NCBI RefSeq assembly: GCF_006345805.1
Contig: NC_043013.1
Coordinates: 22,382,001-22,446,000 of the forward strand
Direction of reading: 5' to 3'
Source of the DNA: Octopus sinensis
Lineage: Eukaryota
Length of the DNA: 64,000 bases
Shown: positions 54,685 through 64,000 of the stretch, in pieces
Position numbering within the stretch: the first letter of the stretch is position 1
How the letters are laid out: the number at the start of each line of letters is the position of its first letter
Translations under genes and position numbers: made by a program
The notes under the pieces: generated by a model
Databases searched by the model: none
The model's input: the letters and a program-made list of their open reading frames with translations, nothing else
What the model was told of the DNA's origin: nothing

Positions 54685-57647
54685 TAGCAATTCGTATAAA
54701 ATTGCATCAATAACTTGAACTTGAATAAGTGGTTTCACATAAATGGGGATAAATTAAAAAGGTTTGTTGTTATTATTATTACTGTTTGACTATTGTAATC
54801 ACGTTTGTTGGTTCCGCGTCAGGGAAACGTTGTTGTGTTGCATTTGTTAAGTAATTGTAAACCGTAAACCTCCCCCTTTCGGAGAAGGGGCTTTGGTTAT
54901 TGTTTAAAAATTGAATTGTGTCCCTATTTGGGAAAATTGACAATATTTTCACTGTCTTTACGGAAGCATTTTTGTTAAAATGTCTTCGATAGAAGAAAGT
55001 TCAAAAAGGAATTTCGCTGCAGCCATACACTTCTATACAAGAGGGAGGACAAGATCCAATTGATCGAAATTGCAAGAGATGGGCCTACAATTCCAGTCTG
55101 TTATATATTTTGAGTATTGTTATCACTAGCGATATCAAGATATAACTTTGTATTTTGTATTTTATGTGTAGATGTATATATATAGATGTACATGTAATAT
55201 GTACACATATATATACACATATATACATGTATAATATATCTACCCATACACACATACGCACACCCACACACACACACACACACATACATAGGGGCAGGTG
55301 TGGCTGTGTGGTAACAAACTACGTTCCAAACACATGGTCCTGGGTTCATGTACATATATACATACATACATCCATACATACATACATGTGTGTGTGTGTG
55401 TTGTGTGTGTGTGTGTGTGTATTAATGTGTGTGTGTTATCTCTCTCTATGTAAAGCTGAAGTTGTCTGTGTGCGCCAGGTTTGGTAACCTTCAACTAACA
55501 CTATCTCCTCCGAGACCCTGCGGCGCAAGTTGACCAAAATTGAGAGTATGATAGAAGAAGGGTTGCTCTTCCTTCCGTAGAAGATAACATTCAAATCGGA
55601 CCATGTTAACACCAAAAATTATTTACATCCAAAAAGGTGCTTTTTTCTATGAAAATCCCTATTTTTTTACGATTTTTTCACTGCTGTGTCGCCACTTTTC
55701 GGTGTATTTCAACCAGAAAAATGTTCACTTGAAGAGAATAACAAGCTACATAATGCAAAATTTTTACTTTTCAAAAATTCCAATTCCAACGGGTCGAAAC
55801 AAACCCGAGCAACGCCGGGCGTTACTGCTAGTTAATTGATAAAATGATAATTAGAAATTGTAGACGCAGATTGATGGGATTGAATGTAACATGATTAGAT
55901 TAGGAAAAAGCTTATGACGTCTGGTGCAGAGTTGGATAAGTAAGACAATGGGCATGTTTGGAGTGGCAGAAAATATGGAGAAAATGTTTAATGAAAGTAT
56001 GAGCCATTGGAATACTGAATTGATTGGAAGAAATCAAAGACTTGGTAAAATGAACATCAGACGTGGTGTATTTCAAGGTGGGGATAGCTTATCTCCATTA
56101 CAATTCATATTGGCCAAGATACAGCTCAATTTGATGTTATGAAAATTTAAGATAGCCTATGGTTCGGGAAAAGGATATGGTTAGATAAATCTCCTTTTTA
56201 TGGATGATGTGAAGCTTTATGAGAAAAATGAGAAACAGTTTGAAAGTCTGGTATTGAAAATGAAAGAAGGGAGATTTGGAGGAAGTCAGGGAATTGAAAT
56301 GCAAAATGGGCAAGCGATGAAAGTAGCTGAGAAAGGACAGTGGTATAAGTATTTGGGGATAATGGAAGAAGATGAAATAAAACATGAAGAAATGAAAGAA
56401 ATTGCCAGCAGAGAGAGAGGGGGGAGGGAGGGGGGAAATGATTACAGCCAAAGCTGAATTCAAAAAGTATTATTGAAGCCATAAATGCAAGAGCATGGAA
56501 TGGGAATTGTAGATTGGACCAAAAACGACATTCAGAAACTTGACAGAAAAACTAGAAAGCTGTGGACAATGTATGAAACCAGCATCCGAAGGTTGATACT
56601 CACCGATTGTAGTTGAAGAGAGAGCAAAAAGGAAGAGGCTTGATTGCTGTGGAAGAATATGTATAGATGGAAAGAAAAAGCCTTTTAAGATATTTACAGA
56701 ACAGCAGAGAAATTGCTAAAGATGGTGTATAAAGCAGAGGTGATCAATAGGAGAGAAGGACAAGAATGAAATTCAAAGAGATCGTGTTAGACAGATTGAA
56801 AAGAAATCTTTGAGTTTTCAGTTTTGGAAAGCCACTGAGGACGTATGTGGAACAAAATCTTAGACTTGGTTAAAAAAAAAGGAGCAATTAAAAAATGAAA
56901 GGGAGAGCCTTATCATAGCAGCTCAAAATGAAGTGATAAAAATAAATTCGTGGGGTGGGGGGGGGCAGTCAGAAAAATATAGAATGTGTGGAATCTGGAA
57001 TGAGACAGTGACATGCATTATTGCAGAATGTCCCAAGTTAGCCCAACGGGAATATAAGAAATGAAGACATGACCAAATTGTGAACGCTTTGCACTTGAAG
57101 CTTTGTCAGAAATAGGGATTTGAAACTGGAGGTAGATGGTATGAGCACTGGGACAGAACAGTTCTGGTTTCGGAGAAATGCAAAATTTTGCGAGATTTTC
57201 CTATTCAAACGGATACGGAAGTAGAAAATAATAAACCAGACAAAACAATAATAGATAAAGAAAACCAAAGTTGCTTTTTAATTGATCCATGAATGACCGT
57301 TTGATTCCGGAATTGCAAAGAAAGAATTCGAAAAAGAAGAAAAATACAATCCCTTAAAATTTGAAAATAGCAAGAATTTCGAATATGAAAACTGTAGTAA
57401 TTGGTGCATTGGGGTGGGCAAAGGAATAGACAAACGGTTGAAGGGGACTGGAATAGAATATCCTGTAGAGGTTCTACAGAAAATTTGCCTCTTAGGGACA
57501 GGAAAGATTATCAGGAGGGTCTTAAACACTTGAAGGACTATTGAAAACTTGTGGCTACCTAAGGTTACAAGGAGTAACCTGCTACCCACATAAATTCTAT
57601 CAGGAATAAGAACGAACCTGAGTCATATCAACAACAATAATAATAAT
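53300..57647 (+). mobile_element. Decayed R4/Dong-like (REL-type) non-LTR retrotransposon, split by a Helitron
   Basis: WMKKFTLLHERI..LLPWEQKGCKK, IDKMIIRNCRRR..KAYD, RRGVFQGGDSLSPL, FMDDVKLY, YKYLG, CRMC..TCIIAECPKLA..RHD, NKPD, GTGKIIRRVL*, (AAC/AAT)n tail; many stops; 5' limit approximate. Confidence 0.8.
54317..55831 (+). mobile_element. Composite Helitron insertion (TC starts at 54317 and 55439, shared CTAG end)
   Basis: A|TCTCTTATGATAAAAGGCAG start; CCCGAGCAACGCCGGG..CTAG|T end; removing it rejoins an R4-like RT motif. Confidence 0.6.
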
Positions 57648-57942
57648 TGTTGTTGTTGTTGTTGTTATTATTATTATTATCATAATTAAAAACGATCTGG
57701 CAGAATCGCTTGCATGCCAGGCAAAACGCTTAACAGCATTTCGTCTGTCTTTACGTTCTGAGTTCTAATTCCACAGAAGTCAACTTTGCTTTTCATTCTT
57801 TTGTGGGGTCAATAAAATAAGAACCAACTGAACAATAGGGGTCAATGTAATCAACTTAATCCCTTCCTCATAACTTCTGGCCTTCAGCCAAAATTTGAAA
57901 TCATCAACATCATCGTCATTATTATTATTACTATTATTGTTG

Positions 57943-57986
<44 letters not shown>

Positions 57987-57999
57987 GTTATTATTATTA

Positions 58000-58042
<43 letters not shown>

Positions 58043-58238
58043 GAAGGCTGAATTGCTAGCACACTCGACGAAATGCTTAGCAGTTCTGAGTTCAAATTCT
58101 GCTGGGGTTGATTTTTGTCCTTCATCCTTTCAAGGGTCGATAAATTAAGGACCAGTGAAAAATTGCGGTCAATGTAATCAACTAGTCTCCTCCCCCAAAA
58201 TGTCAGGCCTTGTGCTTATAGTAGAAAAGATTATCATT

Positions 58239-58513
58239 GAGTGAGAGAGTAGTGCATGCCATCAAAGTGACACCGGGGTAAAATATACGAAGCCCAGTAT
58301 ACCCATCATGACTACCCGTCTGATAAGGGTACACCAGGCACATGCATCACAACCATATGTGCGCGACATGGTGATCTAATATCAAGATAAGCAGCACACG
58401 ACCTTGCAGGTGGGGCCCAGTTAAAATTTTCTTCAGGTCGAGTAGCCCATCCCGCTCAAAAGGTCCTTGAATAAGGGTTGTTTAAGGATGTTGAACGAAA
58501 CACCCATGTTTCC

Positions 58514-58515
<2 letters not shown>
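58239..58515 (-). mobile_element. Same family, 5'-truncated copy
   Basis: Keeps the GAGTGAGAGAG end and is truncated at the other end, again into (ATT)n. Confidence 0.75.
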
Positions 58516-58565
<50 letters not shown>

Positions 58566-59045
58566 TAATAAAATTGGTTTCAAGAAGAAGGTGAACTGCT
58601 AGAAATAGCAGCCAAATTTCATACTAAAACCCAGCATCAAAAATTCTAAGAGTATGTTGTCAACTTAATGTGACTGTCCCTTCCATGGGACGGTCACATT
58701 AGGTTGAGAACATCCTATCACTTTATCATGCTGCTACCGCATAAATCTCTGTGAGAGATTTGGAAACGTATTATTCCAATTTTCAACAACAAAATCTGCT
58801 ACAATAAAATAATACTTTGGAAAGAAAATCCTTACTTTCATTTGTGTTTCCTTCAGGATTCGTTCGGTTTCTTGTGAATGAAGCAAAAGCCCAGGTTTGA
58901 AATTCCAGTGAAATGATGGAAGGGCTTTTTTTGGGGTTTTTTTTTGTCTTTTGTTTTTTTTTGCTTGTTTTTTTTCTTTTCTTGCTTTGACCAGAGCTGT
59001 CAGCGACTTCACTTTTACTGTTTATTCATATTTCCCTGTTTTTGA

Positions 59046-59098
<53 letters not shown>

Positions 59099-59295
59099 GA
59101 TTCCTTCTCCCACTTTCTCTCTCTTGCTCTCCTTCGCACTAACTCTTTCTTTCAGCCTGCACATGGACATACATCAGTGAATGTGCATCTGCTGCACATA
59201 CATACGAATGTATACACATATATACTCTCGTGCATGTACTTGAATGCATGCAAACTGACACAGTACATACACACTCACACACACATACCTATATA

Positions 59296-59359
<64 letters not shown>

Positions 59360-59455
59360 ATATATACATAAATATATACATATACACACACATATATATA
59401 CATATATACACACACATATATATACATACATATATATATATATATGTATATATAT

Positions 59456-59675
59456 ACAGGAAACGGTGTGGAACAATATAAGTGCAACACGTGTGTGTGT
59501 GTGTGTGGTTTGCTTGTGTCGTTTCTTGTTTTTCTTGTTCCTCCACACACACACACTCACACTCACACTCACGTACACACGCACACACATATATATTAAG
59601 TAATGATTTATTCACATATGCATATATGTATACAAACACACACATATAGTATACATATGTACGTGTACATATGTA

Positions 59676-59708
<33 letters not shown>

Positions 59709-59713
59709 CATAC

Positions 59714-59766
<53 letters not shown>

Positions 59767-59849
59767 CATACATATATATATGCATATATATATATATTAT
59801 ATATATATATATAGATATATATATATATAAACACACATTTTTATAAGTT

Positions 59850-59923
<74 letters not shown>

Positions 59924-59957
59924 TATATATATGTATGTATATATATATATATATAAC

Positions 59958-59989
<32 letters not shown>

Positions 59990-59998
59990 GTATGTATA

Positions 59999-60042
<44 letters not shown>

Positions 60043-60252
60043 TATGTACACGTACATATGTATACTATATGTGTGTGTTTGTATACATATATGCATATGT
60101 GAATAAATCATTACTTAATATATATGTGTGTGCGTGTGTACGTGAGTGTGAGTGTGTGTGTGTGGAGGAACAAGAAAAACAAGAAACGACACAAACAAAC
60201 CACACACACACACACACGTGTTGCACTTATATTGTTCCACACCGTTTCCTGT
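59456..60252. repeat. About 800-bp inverted duplication centred on (TA)n
   Basis: ACAGGAAACGGTGTGGAACAATATAAGTGC.. at 59456 is mirrored ending at 60252. Confidence 0.85.
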
Positions 60253-60359
60253 GTTGGCACTCAAAAATCTGGACATAACAGAAACTTCACATGTAAAGGT
60301 GTGACCTTGAGGGGGTGGAGACGGGGTCCGGTGGCAGCAATGGCAGTGGTAGTGTTAGT

Positions 60360-60916
60360 GGGTGTGTGGTGGTGGTGGTGGTGGTGGTGGTGGTGGTGGT
60401 GGTGGTGACAGCAACAGTTGATCTGGTGGTGATGGAGTGAGGGGAGGGTGGTGATTACATTGATTGGTAGTGATTGATAACGGTGGTGATAGGAGTAGAG
60501 GGGGCGGGTGGAGGATGCTCTTCAGAGTGTTAATTGTGGAGTGGGGTACGGGTGGGAGAAGAGGTGTGGCGAAGAACAAAAGCAAAATCTGCCCAGCTTG
60601 GCACTGCACCCCACCCACCCACACATCCTCCAGAAGACACGTCTTGAAGAGAAACTGGAGAAGGTGGAGGTGGGGTGGAGATGATGATATGCGGATGAAA
60701 GGGGCGGGATCATGATCAGGATACTGGTAATGGTGGTAGTGGGGGTGGTAGTGGTGGTGGCAGTGGTGGTGGCAGTGGTGGTAATGATGATGATGATGAT
60801 GTTGACGTTGATGATGATGGTGGTGGTAGTGATGATAGCAACGATGATGACGACGACAGTGATGATGACGACGATGATGATGACAATGATGATGACAATG
60901 ATGATGGTGGTGGTAG

Positions 60917-60947
<31 letters not shown>

Positions 60948-61056
60948 GGTGGTGGTAATGATGATGATGACGATGACGATGGTGGTGGTGGTGGTGGTGG
61001 TGATGATGATGACAATGATGATGGTGGTGACGATGATGATGATGATGATGATGATG
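60360..61056. repeat. (GTG)n/(GAT)n trinucleotide arrays
   Basis: Direct inspection. Confidence 0.85.
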
Positions 61057-61539
61057 TACGGAAATTGACAATCCAGAAGTATATATCATTAAACAACCTC
61101 AAGTAGTAGTTTCAATAAAGACATTAACCTCTTCTCGTCTGTCCCCCCCTCTCTCTCTCTCTCTCTCCCATCACATTGTATGGTGGTCATGATGGTGGGG
61201 AAGGAGACCAGAGAGTCTCTGTCTTGCTGTTATGCTTTTCTCTATCTCTTCCTCCCACTCACGTTGCTGGGTTTCTAACACACACGCACGTGCATACACA
61301 CACATACATACGCATATGTGCGTGTGTGTGTGTGTGTGTGTGCAGGAGGTGCAGATGAGGGCAGCTGCATCGAACTCTCTCATGCATCAGATGGCGTTTG
61401 CTAAAAAGCATCCGTGAGGTAAGATCGTGTAGCAAACCAAATGGCGGTGCCCCAGCATGGCCACAGCTCATTAGCTGAAACTGGAAAAATCAAATCAAAA
61501 TCAAAATCATATATATATTGTGCGTGAGAAGACCAGGCA

Positions 61540-62155
61540 GGACAAGTGAGTCCAGCCCACTTATGCATGTCTTTCCTCCCTTGGACACACAAAGACCTGT
61601 TGAGGCAAGCGAAGTTGAAATTGAACCTCATCCGACGACAGGCACCCATGCCAACCTCCCTTCATTGGACACTAAACTCTGCTTGCGAAGACCTGTTGGA
61701 GCAAGTGAAATCGAAATCGAAATCGGAATCGAAATTGAACCAATCCTATGACTGGCACCCGGCAGTTGCCAGGACCGCTGGACTGACTCCTGTGCAGGTG
61801 GCAAGTGAAGAAACACCATTTTGACCCTGTGCTTGAGGAGATCCATTGAGTCAAGTACACCGACATCAAAATCAATGGAAACTGCAGTTGTGATCCCTGA
61901 GCCGGTGGCACGTAAAATGCACCAATCCGACCGTGGCCGTTGCCAGCCTCGCCTGGCACCTGTGCAGGTGGCACGTAAAAAGCACCCACTACACTCACGG
62001 AGTGGTTGGCATTAGGAAGGGCATCCAGCTGTAGAAACACTGCCAGATCAGACTGGAGCCTGGTGCAGCCTTCTGGCTTCCCAGAACCCCGGTCGAACCG
62101 TCCAACCCATGCTAGCATGGAGAACGGACGTTAAACGATGATGATGATGATGATG
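61540..62155 (+). mobile_element. LINE-tail-like retroposon ending in (GAT)n
   Basis: Ends CATGCTAGCATGGAGAACGGACGTTAAACG(ATG)n; family not assigned; 5' limit approximate. Confidence 0.45.
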
Positions 62156-62180
62156 ATATATATATATATGTATATGTATA

Positions 62181-62277
<97 letters not shown>

Positions 62278-62560
62278 ATATTGGAGATGTACTCGCATAG
62301 CAAGTAATTTGATCTGAGATCGTATGCTGAAACGAAAACAATTGCAGCGTGGAAGGTGTTTATAAGCCATTTAAGAAACACACAAAAGCCGTTCGATTCA
62401 CTTCAACATTTAAGTGCTGCACGGACTTTGTCAGTGAACAGGTCGCGGATTTTAGCGACGAAAATATTTTGACAAATTAAACTTAAATGTTGAAGTGAAT
62501 CGAACGGCTTTTGTGTGTTTCTTAAATGGCTTATAAACACCTTCCACGCTGCAATTGTTT
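62278..62560. mobile_element. Short PLE-like end with perfect 80-bp inverted arms around a hammerhead
   Basis: 62336-62415 is the exact reverse complement of 62481-62560; flanked by (TA)n on both sides. Confidence 0.7.
62427..62476 (+). ncRNA. Hammerhead variant G3-C8 (GTGAACA core)
   Basis: 7-bp stem I TTTGTCA/TGACAAA, core GTGAACA, GTCGC/GCGAC stem II, GAAA, palindromic AATATT stem III. Confidence 0.6.
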
Positions 62561-62583
62561 ATATATATATACATATACATATA

Positions 62584-63869
62584 TCAGGTCATCTCATAAG
62601 TTCTGTCTGAATTTTGAATAAAGAAAAAAACAAGTGATCAAATGTTATATTTAATTGAAATTTAATCATCAATGTACTTTCCCTGATTATCTATGACTTC
62701 CTTCCATCTATTTACAAGCTTTTTAATCCCATCAATGTAAAACTCTTTTAGTTTCGAGGCGAAGAACTCTGAAATGTCAGTTTCGACCTCCTCCTGGCTT
62801 GCGAAAATTATGTCCCCCAAATGATTCTGTAAACTACGAAACAAATGGTAGTCTGAAGGAGCAAGGATAAGGTGGATGAGGAATTTTTTTCCCAACCAAG
62901 CTCTTCGATCTTCTGTGATGTGATCTTTACAACGTGGGGTCGCGCATTGTCCTGATGAAACATTACTCCTTTTCGATTCACTAAAGCAGGTCTTTTTTTC
63001 TTCAAAGCCTGGTTCAAACGTTCTAATTGCTGACAGTAGACTTGAGCATTGATTGTTGCATTAGGTGGTAACAATTCAAAGTGAATTACTCCTTTGCGTT
63101 CCCACCAGATAGGGAGAAGAACCTTTTTCCCATGAAGTTCTCTTCTCAGTTGTGGTTGAGCTTTTTCCCTTTTACCAAACCCCTGTTTACGACATTTAAC
63201 ATTTCGATAGAAGATCCATTTTTCGTCACCAGTCACAAGTCTATCCAAAATGGGTGAAATGAGTTCGCGAGAATGGAGAGAAGAGCAAATGTTAGCTCGA
63301 GATTTGCGGTTGCTTCTGAACAATTCATGAGGCACCCATTTTCCAAGTTTAGGAACCTTTCCATGTTGTTGAAGATGACGATGAACAGTTGTATGGTTTG
63401 AACTAAGCTTTGTTGCCAATTCTTCAACTGATAATGCAGGATTTTCTTCAAGTAATGCCTCAAGGAGCTTATCATCAAACTCAACTGGATGTCCTGTTCG
63501 ATCTTCATCTTCAAGTCTGAAATCTCCACTTCTGAATTTTGCAAACCATCTTCTGCAAGTTCTTTCATTCAAGCATTCTTTCCCATAAACTGAGTGTATG
63601 TTTCGAGTCGCTTCGGCTGCAGAGTTTCCTTTTTTGTACTCATAAAGCATTATATGTGCCTCAAATGCTCTTTGGATACTTCCATGTTAGAAAAGGTTTT
63701 AATCAAAGAAATTTTAATTCTATTATTCTGTAAAATAATATTTAATTGGTTTAAATCTACACAAATGCATAAAAATAATTCTTAATTCCATTAGACAATC
63801 TAAAATACTCTTAAATTACATTCAATTTTAAAAAAGGTAAAATCGGACAGAACTTATGGGAGGACCTGA
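62584..63869 (-). mobile_element. Full-length (1286 bp) mariner transposon with disrupted transposase
   Basis: About 28-bp imperfect TIRs (TCAGGTC[A/C]TC[T/C]CATAAGTTCTGTC) with TA on both sides; HTH, WVPHEL, VTGDEKW, FHQDNARPH and LAPSDYHLF motifs; 2-nt insertion between the probable start ATG (63685) and 63650, and an indel removing YSPD near 62870. Confidence 0.93.
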
Positions 63870-64000
63870 TACATATATACATGCATAAATCCTTTATCTT
63901 TCACTCGTTTCAGTCATCAGGCTGTAGCCATGCTGGAGCAGCACCTTGAAGACTCTTTAGCTGACTGAACTGACCCCGTTAATTGTTTCTTTTAAAAACT

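Noticed and set aside
60355-61102. His-rich 244-aa ORF and related ORFs
   Set aside because: Trinucleotide repeat translations.

Overview
Repeat-rich, AT-rich animal genomic DNA with no prokaryotic features. The SINE and microsatellite content looks coleoid cephalopod (Octopus-like); this is recognition, not a database match. It holds one complete protein-coding gene, a 4-exon minus-strand rhodopsin-class (melatonin-receptor-like) GPCR of 337 aa spanning 20142-52126, with all splice junctions GT-AG and in phase. The rest is microsatellites, a 21-bp minisatellite, several tRNA-headed SINE families, Helitrons, Tc1/mariner, pogo and hAT remnants, and RTE, Tx1 and R4/Dong-like LINE fragments. Most unusual are several Penelope-like (PLE) element ends, often with inverted arms, carrying minimal type I hammerhead ribozyme folds. 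These include three alternative states of the 3-8 tertiary pair (C3-G8, U3-A8, G3-C8). Most ORFs in the supplied track are microsatellite artefacts.
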